Assembly (NCBI GenBank): GCA_041746255.1
Contig: JBGTHM010000028.1
Coordinates: 1-43,553, forward strand
DNA length: 43,553 bases
DNA from: Fibrobacteria bacterium
GTDB lineage: Bacteria > Fibrobacterota > Fibrobacteria > UBA11236
Direction of reading: 5' to 3'
Position numbers and translations under genes: made by a program. Positions 9,090 to 19,004 of the stretch are shown one piece after another. Under the pieces are notes generated by a model. The model did not search any database. It was not told where the DNA came from and saw nothing but the letters and a program-made list of their open reading frames with translations. Each line of letters starts with the position of its first letter. Positions within the stretch are counted from its first letter, which is position 1.

Positions 9090-12000
9090 TCAACCGAGTT
9101 GAAAGGCGGAAAAATCACCGATTTGTAAGACCTGATGTTTGACTTCCCGAAGCAGCCGTTGCCGGTTACTGCGTATCTCAGGGTCGGGGTCGTTAATCAT
9201 TACCGCTTCGAAAAGACCGTTCACCGGCTCCCGTAGGGTAACGATGTGAGACAGGGCTTCCGCGAAGCGGTGATTGTCAAGATGCGGTTTTGACTCCGAA
9301 GCGGCTTTTTGTAGCGCGCTCCAAAGCGCTTGTTCCGCAGGTTCGCGCAAGATAGCGGTGTTCACAGGACCCGCCACTTCCTCAGAAAGGATATTGGAGA
9401 CGCGTTTAAAGGTTTCAGCCACCCTGGAAAAATCCTCTTGCGATCGAAAACGGTGTAAGGCTTCGAGCCGTCGGGTCAAATCGGTCAAGTCATGCCAGCC
9501 GCGTGCACCTTGGGACACGGCATCGAAGGTATCCCAGGCATAGCCGCCGGGAAGGCCGGGGCGCTTCTCCTCCTGGAAAAGATGTTTGGCGCGGGCCAAA
9601 AAGAATTCCAAGAGCTTTTCCAAAAGTCCCTCGAGGTCTTGGGGAGCGAGAATGGGGCGATAGACCGTGTCGATGGCCTCGATGAGAAATTCTCTTAGGT
9701 CGAGGGAAAAATTCCGGGATATTATCAGAGAAAGAGCCGCACCGCAGGCGCGGCGTAAGGCGAAAGGATCGGCCGACCCGGTCGGGATTTTACCTTTGCC
9801 GAACATACTGATAAGGCTGTCGAATCGGTCGGCAAGGCCCGCCAAGGCCGCTTCCGTGGCTGCCGGTAGACTGTCTCCGGCATGACGGGGCAGGTAGTGA
9901 TCGCGCAGCCCGTCGGCCACTTTGGCATCCAGCCCTTCGGCCAAAGCGTAGTAGCGACCCATTATGCCCTGCAGTTCCGGAAATTCGCCCACCATGTTGG
10001 TAGTAAGGTCGCATTTGCATAGCGCGGCGATTTCGCGCGCGGTGTTCACTTCGGCGGTACCGGCGTTGATGTGCCGCCCCAGGATTTCCACCAGGGTTTC
10101 CATGCGGCGAACCTTGGCGCCGAGCGTTCCTTCGGAACCGAGGGCGGCCAGAAAGGTGATTTTGTCGAGACGCGCCTGCCTGTCCGTTAGGGACGTCTGC
10201 TTATCCTCCTTGAGGAAGAATTCCGCATCGGCGAATCGCGCATGGATGACTTTTTCGTTGCCGCTGCGCACCAGGTGATAATCTTCACAAACCATATTGG
10301 CAATGGCGATAAAGGCGTTGGCGAGCTTGCCGTCCGCGCCGGTCAGAGCGAAATATTTCTGATGCTCACGCATTTCCGATATGAGAACTTCTTCCGGAAT
10401 GGCGAGCAGGTCTTCGCGGAAATGCCCGATTACGGGAACGGGGAATTCCACCAAAAAAGTTACTTGCTTCAGAAGGTCGGAGTCTTCCTTCCAGGTGAGC
10501 CCCGCCTCTTTGGCGGACTTTACGCATAGGTCGAAGATGGCGTTTTGACGTTCGTCCTGATCGACCAGGACATGCGCCTTGCGCAAAGTGTCGAGATAAT
10601 CCCGCCGCTCCGACTTTACCGCGAGGGGACTGGGATTCAGGAAGCGATGGCCGCGCGACTGGTTCGTAGCCGCGCAACCTCCGAATTCCATGGGAATGAC
10701 GCTCTCTCCCAGCAAGGCAACCAGCCAACGTATGGGTCGTACGAAAGGGGTTTTATCACCCTCGCCCCAGCGCATGGTTTTATACCAGGGTATTTCTCCG
10801 AATAGACGCGGTAGCGATTCGGCCAATATTTCGGCAGCCGGGAGGCCTATTTCGTGCACAGCGGCGAATAAATATTCCCCACCGTCGTCGGCGGCTTTAA
10901 TTTGCAAGGCATCGGGCGCGATTTGGCATTTGCCCGCGAAGGCGAGCGCCGCCTTGGTCCATTCACCTTTATCATTCTTGGCAATGCGCGCGGGCGGCCC
11001 TTTGAGCACGAGGTCGCGATCCGGCTGTCCTTGGCGAAGCGAGCCGATGGAAATCGTAATGCGTCGGGGAGTGGCGAAGATACGAATATCTTCCGGCTCA
11101 AGCAGGCTACCTCCCAGATGTTTTTGCACCAGCGCCGGAAGATCTTTCAGGAGGGGTTCGAATACACGCGCAGGCATTTCTTCCACGCCGAGCTCGACCA
11201 GTAGGGGAACCTTTTGCGATGGGTCGAATGGTTTCCCGGCCGAGGGCTTTGCCGTAACCGGAGAGTTTGCCGCCGCGGGAGCGGCCGCCCGCTTGAGCAG
11301 GGGATGGTGCAAATCCAGCCGGTTTTGCAACCACGTATCCGCCACCGTTTTGGCCAAGGTACGTACCCGCAGGATATACCCTTGCCTTTCGTTCACGGAT
11401 ATGGCGCCGCGCGCGTCGAGCAGGTTGAAGGCATGGCTGGCTTTCATGCAATAGTCGAAGGCCGGCGCGGGCACGCCCGCTTCGCAAAGGCTTAAGCATT
11501 CCTTCTCGAAGCGATTGAATAATTCGAAATGGAGGGATGCGTCGGAAAGTTCGAAATTATGTTTCGAAAATTGCACTTCGTTTTGGTGATAAATGTCACC
11601 GTAGGTGAATGTATCGTTGTACTGGATGTCGTAGACACTGTCCACTTTTTGCAAATAAGTGCAGATACGCTCCAACCCATAGGTGATTTCACCCATGACG
11701 GGTTTCAGATCGTAACCCCCCACTTGCTGGAAATAGGTGAACTGGGTGATTTCCATGCCGTCAAGCCAGACTTCCCAGCCGAGCCCCCAGGCGCCCAGGG
11801 TGGGGGATTCCCAGTCGTCGTGTACGAAGCGGATGTCATGCTCCGCGATGTTGATTCCCAAAGCTTTCAAGGAGCCCAGATAAAGCTCCTGAAAATCGTC
11901 GGGGTTGGGTTTCATAATTACTTGAAATTGGAAATAATGCTGCATGCGATTGGGATTCTCGCCATAGCGGCCATCCGTGGGGCGGCGGCAGGGCTCGATA

Positions 12001-12155
12001 AAAGCCGCATGGAAGGGCTCGGGTCCCAAGGAACGCAAAAAAGTGGTGGGATTAAAGGTGGCTGCGCCTTTTTCGATGTCGTAGGGTTGAGCGATGAGAC
12101 AGCCCCTGGCGGCCCAATATTGCTGCAGCGCCAGCACCACGTTCTGAAATGTCAT
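9090..12155 (-). CDS. glyQS: Glycine--tRNA ligase, fused alpha+beta subunits
   Basis: Alpha motifs ([32 protein letters not shown]) are continuous in frame with beta motifs ([28 protein letters not shown]). Start at MTFQ (12155) with an AGGAG SD. Confidence 0.95.
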   Translation of the reverse strand: MTFQNVVLALQQYWAARGCLIAQPYDIEKGAATFNPTTFLRSLGPEPFHAAFIEPCRRPTDGRYGENPNRMQHYFQFQVIMKPNPDDFQELYLGSLKALGINIAEHDIRFVHDDWESPTLGAWGLGWEVWLDGMEITQFTYFQQVGGYDLKPVMGEITYGLERICTYLQKVDSVYDIQYNDTFTYGDIYHQNEVQFSKHNFELSDASLHFELFNRFEKECLSLCEAGVPAPAFDYCMKASHAFNLLDARGAISVNERQGYILRVRTLAKTVADTWLQNRLDLHHPLLKRAAAPAAANSPVTAKPSAGKPFDPSQKVPLLVELGVEEMPARVFEPLLKDLPALVQKHLGGSLLEPEDIRIFATPRRITISIGSLRQGQPDRDLVLKGPPARIAKNDKGEWTKAALAFAGKCQIAPDALQIKAADDGGEYLFAAVHEIGLPAAEILAESLPRLFGEIPWYKTMRWGEGDKTPFVRPIRWLVALLGESVIPMEFGGCAATNQSRGHRFLNPSPLAVKSERRDYLDTLRKAHVLVDQDERQNAIFDLCVKSAKEAGLTWKEDSDLLKQVTFLVEFPVPVIGHFREDLLAIPEEVLISEMREHQKYFALTGADGKLANAFIAIANMVCEDYHLVRSGNEKVIHARFADAEFFLKEDKQTSLTDRQARLDKITFLAALGSEGTLGAKVRRMETLVEILGRHINAGTAEVNTAREIAALCKCDLTTNMVGEFPELQGIMGRYYALAEGLDAKVADGLRDHYLPRHAGDSLPAATEAALAGLADRFDSLISMFGKGKIPTGSADPFALRRACGAALSLIISRNFSLDLREFLIEAIDTVYRPILAPQDLEGLLEKLLEFFLARAKHLFQEEKRPGLPGGYAWDTFDAVSQGARGWHDLTDLTRRLEALHRFRSQEDFSRVAETFKRVSNILSEEVAGPVNTAILREPAEQALWSALQKAASESKPHLDNHRFAEALSHIVTLREPVNGLFEAVMINDPDPEIRSNRQRLLREVKHQVLQIGDFSAFQLG

Positions 12156-12314
12156 TTTTCGGCTCCTTTGCGCTAAAAAGATGCGTTTTTTTGGGATTCC
12201 GGCCAACTGTCTGGGGAGGGGAATTTGCCCGTAGGCTATCCCTAGTCATAGATCTTTCCGAGTAGTACAATAGGTATGAAAGTAGCGGGAAGAATTCGAG
12301 GTGCTTGAATTACC

Positions 12315-14045
12315 ATGATACCAGTCCATTCATCGGTATCCGAAAGAGGCTATATCCTCCTTCTGGTTCCCGTGGTTTTAATCGGCATTTTGATGCTGGG
12401 CATGCAAATGATGCGGCGGTCGCAAGTGGCCATGAATGTGGCCGGCTCGGAAATGGATTATCTGCAAACGCGCATGTGCAACGAAGGCCTTTTGGCGGTG
12501 GAGGTGAATCGCGCCACCGTCGCATTGGAAAGCGGCTCGAAAGTAGAAACCCACTCACGCGATGTCGATTGTTCGCCGGGAGAGGACCGGCCACCGGTCA
12601 AATGTAAAATCGAAATCGTCGCGAAGGGATCCGAGAATTTACAAGGGTGTTATGACCTCACCTATTACCAGACCGCTATCGGATTGAAAAGTACCTGCGG
12701 GGATGGTAGCCGCCAGAAAAGCGTTTTGGAAGAGGTTGTGACCCTGGGCGAAGTGCCGCTTTATCAATTCGCCGCTTTTTACGACGAGGACATGAATATC
12801 CATCCGGGATCACGCATGGATTTGCAAGGGAGGGTGCATTCCAATGGAGGCGTACTCTTAGACGGTCAAAATAAAATGACCTTTAGCAATTGGGTTACCG
12901 CGGTCGATAACATTCGGATTCGCCAGAAAAAAGCGGGTACCGTCGCCTGGTTCGCACACGCGCATGTTGCGAAGCCGGATTCCGGCAATCCGGTCACAGG
13001 CCCTCTCGGGACTGAAAACGAAATCAAGGACGTGATCGCAGGGTGGGAGGATTACAAAGAGAACCATCGCGTGGCTTACGGTAACGAAGAAAACGGCTGC
13101 GGGCCCGTGCAGAAATTGGCCGTCCCGGTTCGCGGACCAAGCGGAAACCGGGAGTTGATTGAGTGGCGGGACGAGCCCAACGACGGGGATGATGTCAAGC
13201 TGCAGAAGCTCGCCTGGCGCGCCAGTCTAATCTATAAGGATGGAATATGGATGGATGGGGAAAAAAATCCCGTCAATCCCATTCCGAACCCCCGAGCCAC
13301 CCCGACTGTTCCCGGAGGCTGGTTGATGAACGACATACGGGTTACCATCAATGATTTTAGTGAAGACAGGCTGATCTTCCCCATTCCCATCGATGTGGCC
13401 AGCCTTCAGCTACGCAGCCCTTCTGATTCCATCATTTATCTGCACGACGATTTCATGGCCCTTGACCCCGTTAAGGGCAACATGCAGGCGGGAGGCTTTC
13501 TGCTTTACAATGGAGCGACGTTGACCCGCCGGCTTACCATCGCCAGCAACAACCGGATTTTTCTACTCGGCGATTATAACACTACGGCCGGTTATGCCAT
13601 TCCCGGGGGCGGCATGGGTTTTTTCCCGGCCGCCCTAATCGCCGATCACCTAACCCATTTGTCCAATTTTTACGATCCGACTGAACACGATCAACTGGGA
13701 GAAGACAAAGGAACACATTTGGCAATAACCCAACCCGGAGCCGTTTTACAATTGAACGCTTGTTTGACCATCGGTGGCCGGCCCGGGATTGATGGGCGAC
13801 CGATAGGCGTACATATCTTGGTGGCCAATATGGAACACCTAACAGGTACCAACCAGCGGATCACGGGATCATTGACCTGGTTATTTCCTTCTCAATACGC
13901 AGCGGCGCCGTTAGTCGTAGGAACCTATTCGGTTCCAACCCGATTCTACGCCTTTGATCCCATGTATAACGACCCCGCCAATATGCCGCCGGGAACGCCG
14001 AGAATGGTGACCCCGACTTTGGTGGATTGGGAATTGGTGCGCTGA
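12315..14045 (+). CDS. Large PilX-like pilus-associated protein, paralogue 1 (576 aa)
   Basis: Prepilin-like leader RG|YILLLVPVVLIGIL lacking Glu5, as in PilX/GspK; C-terminal YAFDP..PPGTP; abuts the minor pilin genes. Confidence 0.65.
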   Translation: MIPVHSSVSERGYILLLVPVVLIGILMLGMQMMRRSQVAMNVAGSEMDYLQTRMCNEGLLAVEVNRATVALESGSKVETHSRDVDCSPGEDRPPVKCKIEIVAKGSENLQGCYDLTYYQTAIGLKSTCGDGSRQKSVLEEVVTLGEVPLYQFAAFYDEDMNIHPGSRMDLQGRVHSNGGVLLDGQNKMTFSNWVTAVDNIRIRQKKAGTVAWFAHAHVAKPDSGNPVTGPLGTENEIKDVIAGWEDYKENHRVAYGNEENGCGPVQKLAVPVRGPSGNRELIEWRDEPNDGDDVKLQKLAWRASLIYKDGIWMDGEKNPVNPIPNPRATPTVPGGWLMNDIRVTINDFSEDRLIFPIPIDVASLQLRSPSDSIIYLHDDFMALDPVKGNMQAGGFLLYNGATLTRRLTIASNNRIFLLGDYNTTAGYAIPGGGMGFFPAALIADHLTHLSNFYDPTEHDQLGEDKGTHLAITQPGAVLQLNACLTIGGRPGIDGRPIGVHILVANMEHLTGTNQRITGSLTWLFPSQYAAAPLVVGTYSVPTRFYAFDPMYNDPANMPPGTPRMVTPTLVDWELVR

Positions 14046-14567
14046 ATGGACGCTAGGCTTCATGGTTTCGGCAGGCGATTGCACTCGCAAAAAGGCCTGA
14101 CTTTGCTGGAAATCATCATGACGGTGGTCGTGGCCGGCATCTTGGGTGCGGTGGCCATTGGTGGACTGGGGTTTTACGGGTCGGGGAATCGGATGAAAAA
14201 CGAAGCCGCCAAACTGGTCGACAACCTGTGGGAGTTGCGCTCCATGGCCGTAACCGGACAGTTTACGCCTTGCATCGATTTTCCCGCAACGGGTGGTTAC
14301 CGGCTCTTCCGCGACCGCGATGAGCCCCGGAACGGATACGACGAGGCAGGAGACGACGAACTCATCCGCGAGGTGATTCCCAAAGGCGGATTGCAAATCC
14401 TCTCCGTGGAGGGCGGTAGCAATCCCAACAACTACATCTGCTTCGAAGGGCGCGGTGTCATGGGCTCGGCCGATGGCGCCCTCAGGGTGAAGTTGGGATT
14501 CGATCTTGACTCCGATCACAAGTTGGTGGAACTGCTTCCCTCCACCGGAATGGCAAAGGTATTCTGA
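14046..14567 (+). CDS. Minor pilin, FimT/GspH-like
   Basis: QKG|LTLLEIIMTVVVAGIL N-methylation site; C-terminal ICFEGRG...STG pattern. Confidence 0.8.
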   Translation: MDARLHGFGRRLHSQKGLTLLEIIMTVVVAGILGAVAIGGLGFYGSGNRMKNEAAKLVDNLWELRSMAVTGQFTPCIDFPATGGYRLFRDRDEPRNGYDEAGDDELIREVIPKGGLQILSVEGGSNPNNYICFEGRGVMGSADGALRVKLGFDLDSDHKLVELLPSTGMAKVF

Positions 14568-15013
14568 TGAAAGTGCAAAGTTTTTCCGGGTCCTCCTCTC
14601 CAAAATTCCCGCGACAGGGCGGGCTTACCATGCTCGAGGTGCTTATCGCCCTCATCTTCGTGAGTGTGGCCGCAGCGGCGTTGATCTTGAGCTCGAATAC
14701 GTCCTTGTTGGGCAATGAGCGTTCGCGCACTTATGGCGGCGCCACCATGGCCACCATCGAGGCCCTCGACGCGGTGAAATTGATGAGCCTCGACGAAATT
14801 AAACTGCTCTCCGAAACCGGGTTGGAACATTCGCAAGGGGGCGATGTGACCGTAAAAGTAACGGCGCGCGATGTGGGTGAAGACGATGTGAGCGAACTTT
14901 CTTCCCTGAATCCCACGACTTTGCAACATGTCACTTTTTCCACCGCCTTTAAAAACAAGGAAGGCGAGGATGTGATCAAGACCTTCACCACCTTCGTATA
15001 TAAGCCGGAATGA
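14567..15013 (+). CDS. Minor pilin, PilV-like
   Basis: QGG|LTMLEVLIALIFVSV; TGATG overlap with the preceding gene. Confidence 0.75.
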   Translation: MKVQSFSGSSSPKFPRQGGLTMLEVLIALIFVSVAAAALILSSNTSLLGNERSRTYGGATMATIEALDAVKLMSLDEIKLLSETGLEHSQGGDVTVKVTARDVGEDDVSELSSLNPTTLQHVTFSTAFKNKEGEDVIKTFTTFVYKPE

Positions 15014-15825
15014 ACGAAATTTCCCCATCTCTCCGGTATATGCGGGGTTTTTCCCTGCTCGAATTGCTGGCGGCCTCCTTTCTCGGGTTGCTGGTCATTA
15101 CCGGGATACTCTACCTCTACAAAAGCCAACACAAAAGCATGCTGGTCAATTCCAGCGTTTCCGAATTGCGCATGAACGGGCAATATGCCCTGAATGAAGC
15201 CCAATATTACCTGATGCACGCGGGTCTGGGGCTACCCAGCGGTGTTCCCGATCTGGAATTTTCACAAGGCCATCTGGTGGTCAAGATGAACCTCAGCAAG
15301 GCGGGATTCGCCGCTGCCAAACACGCATCCAGCACTGCCCTGAAAACCGTTTTCAAACTGAACGATCCCGATGAGGCCTCCGCCTTCAGCGATGTGGCCT
15401 ATTTACTGGTGCGCGGCCGGACTTCCGATGCAGCGATAACGGAGTTTACCACGGTTGGCGGAGAGGTGCGGATGACCATTGCGGACGACGAATCCAACTA
15501 TGGTGCGAATGTAACGCTTTATCCCGTGGTAAGAATGGCGCTGCGACGGGATGCCGAGGGAAATTTCAAAGTCGTGTCGGAGAGTCCGAGCGATCCCGAT
15601 GGCCTTTCGGCGCTTACTCTGGCCGAAGGCATAGACACCCTCTCTTTTCAATTCATTACCAAGGCCGGAGTTGCCAGCGATACGCTGCCGGTCCCCCTGC
15701 GGGATTTGGAGAAGGTGTCCATTCGCGTTGTGGCCCGCACTTTGTATCAGGATGGAAAGCACGCGGGTGACGGCTACCGCCGCCAGCAATTCGCAACTGT
15801 CATCGGCTATCGCCGGTCCTTCTGA
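15010..15825 (+). CDS. Minor pilin, PilW-like
   Basis: RG|FSLLELLAASFLGLLV, plus MHAG and LAEGIDTLSFQF...VSIRVVART patterns typical of PilW; ATGA overlap. Confidence 0.8.
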   Translation: MNEISPSLRYMRGFSLLELLAASFLGLLVITGILYLYKSQHKSMLVNSSVSELRMNGQYALNEAQYYLMHAGLGLPSGVPDLEFSQGHLVVKMNLSKAGFAAAKHASSTALKTVFKLNDPDEASAFSDVAYLLVRGRTSDAAITEFTTVGGEVRMTIADDESNYGANVTLYPVVRMALRRDAEGNFKVVSESPSDPDGLSALTLAEGIDTLSFQFITKAGVASDTLPVPLRDLEKVSIRVVARTLYQDGKHAGDGYRRQQFATVIGYRRSF

Positions 15826-15867
15826 AGACTCTGAACCCCCCAAATTCATCGATTTAAGGAATTTTTT

Positions 15868-15894
15868 GGAGGTTGCCTACCAACCTCCGGTTTT
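15868..15894 (+). terminator. Putative intrinsic terminator after the PilW-like gene
   Basis: Perfect 8-bp stem GGAGGTTG-CCTAC-CAACCTCC followed by GGTTTT. Confidence 0.5.
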
Positions 15895-15901
15895 AGGCGT
15901 T

Positions 15902-15930
15902 TTGCGGGAAAAGCTTGCCGGGGGTATACT
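15902..15930 (+). promoter_or_regulatory. Putative sigma-70 promoter for the second PilX-like gene
   Basis: TTGCGG-N17-TATACT, ending 43 nt before ATG 15974. Confidence 0.5.
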
Positions 15931-15973
15931 TGGAGTAGACAACGGACCTATGTAAACCCTCAAAGATAAGTGT

Positions 15974-17701
15974 ATGCCCGGAAAAAATTATATCGACCTC
16001 CAAAGAGGCTATATCCTCCTTCTCGTCCCCGTGGTATTAATCGGAATCCTGATGCTGGGCATGCAGATGATGCGGCGATCGCAAGTCGCCATGAACGTGG
16101 CCGGCGCCGAAATGGACTATCTGCAAACGCGCATGTGCAATGAAGGGATTTTGGCGGTGGAGGTGAATCGGGCCGCGGCGAAGCTGGAAAGCGGTGCGAC
16201 GCTGACTTCAGAAAGCCGGGATATCGATTGTTCCCCGGGCGAGGGCCACCCGCCGGTTAAATGCAAGGTGGAAATCGAGCCCAAAGGTTCCGAAAATTCG
16301 CAAGGTTGTTACGACATCAATTATTTTGAAACCGCCATCGGATTGAAAAGCACTTGCGGCGACGGCAGCGCTCAAAAAAGTGTTTTGGATGAGAACGTGA
16401 GGCTGGGCGAAGTGCCGCTTTTTCAATTCGCCGTATTTTACGACGGAAATATGCATATTCACCCCGGGCCGCGCATGGATATCCAGGGCAAAGTTCACTC
16501 CAACGACGCCATCCTGTTGAATGGAATACATACTATGACTTTTTCCAATTGGATTACCTCGGTCAATAACATGAGTATAGAGCAAAGGCAAAACACTGCA
16601 GCCTGGTTCGCGCATTCGCATACGACGGCGCCGGATTCCGGAAATCCGGTAACCGGCACGATGGGAATTACTATCGAGCTCAAAACTGCGGTAGCGGGGT
16701 GGGAGGATTTCAAGGAAAACCACCGCGTGGCCTATGGGGAGGAGGAAAACGGCTGCGGGCCCGTGCAGAAATTGACCGTACCGGTGCGCGGTCCCGAGGG
16801 CAACCGGGAGTTGATAGAGTGGCGCAGAGAGGAAGACGATGATGGCGTTAGGTTGCAAAAGCCGGCCTGGCGGGCAGGCTTCATCTACCGGGAAGGCGGA
16901 TGGCTTAACGGGAATGAAGAACCCGTCAACCCCGTTCCGAATCCTCGCGCCACGCCGACGGCGCCTGTAGGCTGGACGATGGTGGATGCAATACGGGTGA
17001 CAATCAACGATTTCAGCGAAGACAGGCTATTTTTTCCCATCCCCATTGATGTCGCCAGACTCCAATTACGCAGTCCATTGGATTCGATCATTTACCTGCA
17101 TGACGATTACATGGCCTTCGATGCGGTTCAAGGCAATAAGCAGGCGGGTGGTTTCCTATTGTATAACGGGGCGACGCTGACCCGTCCCCTGACTATAGTC
17201 AGCAACAACCGGATTTTTTTGCTGGGAGACTATAATACCACCCCCGGTTACAACATTGTCGGTGGCGGGGTGGGGGTTTACCCAGCGGCCATCATGGCCG
17301 ATCACCTTACCCATCTCAGCAATTTTTACAATCCGACGAACCATGATGAATTGGGAGAAGGCAGAGGACCCTCAGTGAATTTAATCCAACCCGGCGCCCC
17401 TTTGCAATTGAATGCCTGCCTGACCGTCGGAGGCCGGCCCGGCGTCAACGGTTTTCCCATCGGCGTGCATTTGCTGGCGGCGAATATGGAGCATTTGAGG
17501 TTTACCAACCACGGGATCACTGGTTCGCTGACCTGGCTTTTCCCCTCCAAGTACGTCACGGCTCCGATTAACGTCCAAAGTTACTATGCTCCCGACCGGA
17601 AATACGCCTTCGATCCCATGTATAACAATTCCGCCAACATGCCTCCGGGAACTCCCCGGCTGATTACGCCTACTTTGGTGGATTGGGAATTGGTTCGCTA
17701 G
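15974..17701 (+). CDS. Large PilX-like pilus-associated protein, paralogue 2 (575 aa)
   Basis: Colinear with 12315..14045 along its whole length, with the same RG|YILLLVPVVL leader and the same terminal TPTLVDWELVR. Confidence 0.65.
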   Translation: MPGKNYIDLQRGYILLLVPVVLIGILMLGMQMMRRSQVAMNVAGAEMDYLQTRMCNEGILAVEVNRAAAKLESGATLTSESRDIDCSPGEGHPPVKCKVEIEPKGSENSQGCYDINYFETAIGLKSTCGDGSAQKSVLDENVRLGEVPLFQFAVFYDGNMHIHPGPRMDIQGKVHSNDAILLNGIHTMTFSNWITSVNNMSIEQRQNTAAWFAHSHTTAPDSGNPVTGTMGITIELKTAVAGWEDFKENHRVAYGEEENGCGPVQKLTVPVRGPEGNRELIEWRREEDDDGVRLQKPAWRAGFIYREGGWLNGNEEPVNPVPNPRATPTAPVGWTMVDAIRVTINDFSEDRLFFPIPIDVARLQLRSPLDSIIYLHDDYMAFDAVQGNKQAGGFLLYNGATLTRPLTIVSNNRIFLLGDYNTTPGYNIVGGGVGVYPAAIMADHLTHLSNFYNPTNHDELGEGRGPSVNLIQPGAPLQLNACLTVGGRPGVNGFPIGVHLLAANMEHLRFTNHGITGSLTWLFPSKYVTAPINVQSYYAPDRKYAFDPMYNNSANMPPGTPRLITPTLVDWELVR

Positions 17702-17733
17702 GACGGAAACTCCGTTTAATAGGAGTTGCGAAG

Positions 17734-18978
17734 TCAGCGCAGCGCGCTCTCAAAATCGCCCAGTAAATCGTCGGCATCTTCGATACCCACCGATACCCTT
17801 ATCAGCGATTCATCTATGCCCATTTCCGCCCGACGCTCGCGCCCCATTTCGAAAAAGATGGTGTGGGCCACGGGAATGGCCAGCGTGCGGGTATCTCCGA
17901 GGTTACTGGAGAGGATAACCAGTTTCAGCCGGTTCAAAAAGGCGAAGCAGTCGATATCCTCGCTGAGAACGAAGCTGAGCAGGCCGCCCGATCTTTTAAA
18001 AAGTTTTTGGGTCAGGGCATGCTGGGGGTGACTCGCCAGACCGGGATAATTCACCCGCTTGACCTTGGCATGGCCTTCCAGAAAGGCCGCCAGCTTTTCG
18101 GCATTGTCGCAGGTTCGCTCCAATCGAAGAGCCAGGGTTTCGGACCCGACGGAGAGCATATGTGCGGGTTCGGGAGCCAAGGTAGCTCCGAAATCGCGCA
18201 GGCCTTTTTTGCGGATCTGGACCAGAGCCCACTTCTCCGGCTCTTTGCCTTTATAGATGTCGTAAATCCCGGGATAGGTCTTCCAATCGAAAAGCCCCGT
18301 ATCGGTAACGCTACCCCCCAGGGCGTTTCCATGTCCGCCGATGTATTTCGACAGGGAGTTCACGCTGAAGGTGGCCCCGACATCTACAGGGCGGAACAAC
18401 CAGGGTGAAGTCATGGTATTGTCGACAATATAGATGAGCCCGCGCCGGCGGCACAAGTCTCCTATCCGGGCCAAATCGGCGACCTGGGTGGCGGGATTGG
18501 CGATGGTTTCCACCAGTACCATGCGCGTATGCGGGGTAAGGGCTTTCTCCACCGTTTCCACCGAGGTGGCATCCACAAAGGTGACACCCAAGCCCTGCGC
18601 CTTCAGGGTACTCAGTTGGCTATTGGTGTTGCCGAACAGAAAGGCACTCGAAACAACATGATCCCCTTGACGCAGGAGTGCTTGCCACAGTGAAGCGAGA
18701 GCGGCCATGCCGGTAGAGAAGCAAACCGTTCCCACTCCCGCTTCCATGGCGGTGATCTTTTCTTCTAAAGCGGCTACGGTGGGGTTGGCTTGTCGGGCAT
18801 AGGCATATCCCTTGGCCGTGTTTTGAAAAACCGCCGCCAAATCCTCGGCCTTTGCATAGCCGTAGGCAATGGAGGTATGCAGCGGCTTATGCAGCGAGCC
18901 ATGCTCCGGCCGTCCCAGACGGTCGGAATGGAGATTGCGGGTGGTGAATCCCGCCGGAGGTTGTGATTGCCTTTCCAC
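17734..18978 (-). CDS. Cys/Met metabolism PLP-dependent enzyme (cystathionine gamma-synthase / O-acylhomoserine sulfhydrylase family)
   Basis: YARQANPT, ETIANP, VDNT, SLSKYIGGHG (PLP lysine), SNLGDTRTL and IRVSVGIED. Confidence 0.9.
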   Translation of the reverse strand: MERQSQPPAGFTTRNLHSDRLGRPEHGSLHKPLHTSIAYGYAKAEDLAAVFQNTAKGYAYARQANPTVAALEEKITAMEAGVGTVCFSTGMAALASLWQALLRQGDHVVSSAFLFGNTNSQLSTLKAQGLGVTFVDATSVETVEKALTPHTRMVLVETIANPATQVADLARIGDLCRRRGLIYIVDNTMTSPWLFRPVDVGATFSVNSLSKYIGGHGNALGGSVTDTGLFDWKTYPGIYDIYKGKEPEKWALVQIRKKGLRDFGATLAPEPAHMLSVGSETLALRLERTCDNAEKLAAFLEGHAKVKRVNYPGLASHPQHALTQKLFKRSGGLLSFVLSEDIDCFAFLNRLKLVILSSNLGDTRTLAIPVAHTIFFEMGRERRAEMGIDESLIRVSVGIEDADDLLGDFESALR

Positions 18979-19004
18979 TTGCCGTTTCCCTTGAAATCGC
19001 CTGG

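Noticed and set aside
12315..17701. Diversity-generating retroelement or gene-conversion cassette behind the two PilX-like genes
   Set aside because: There is no reverse transcriptase or recombinase in the window. The differences are not adenine-specific and include many synonymous changes, and both ORFs are full length, which fits an older duplication.
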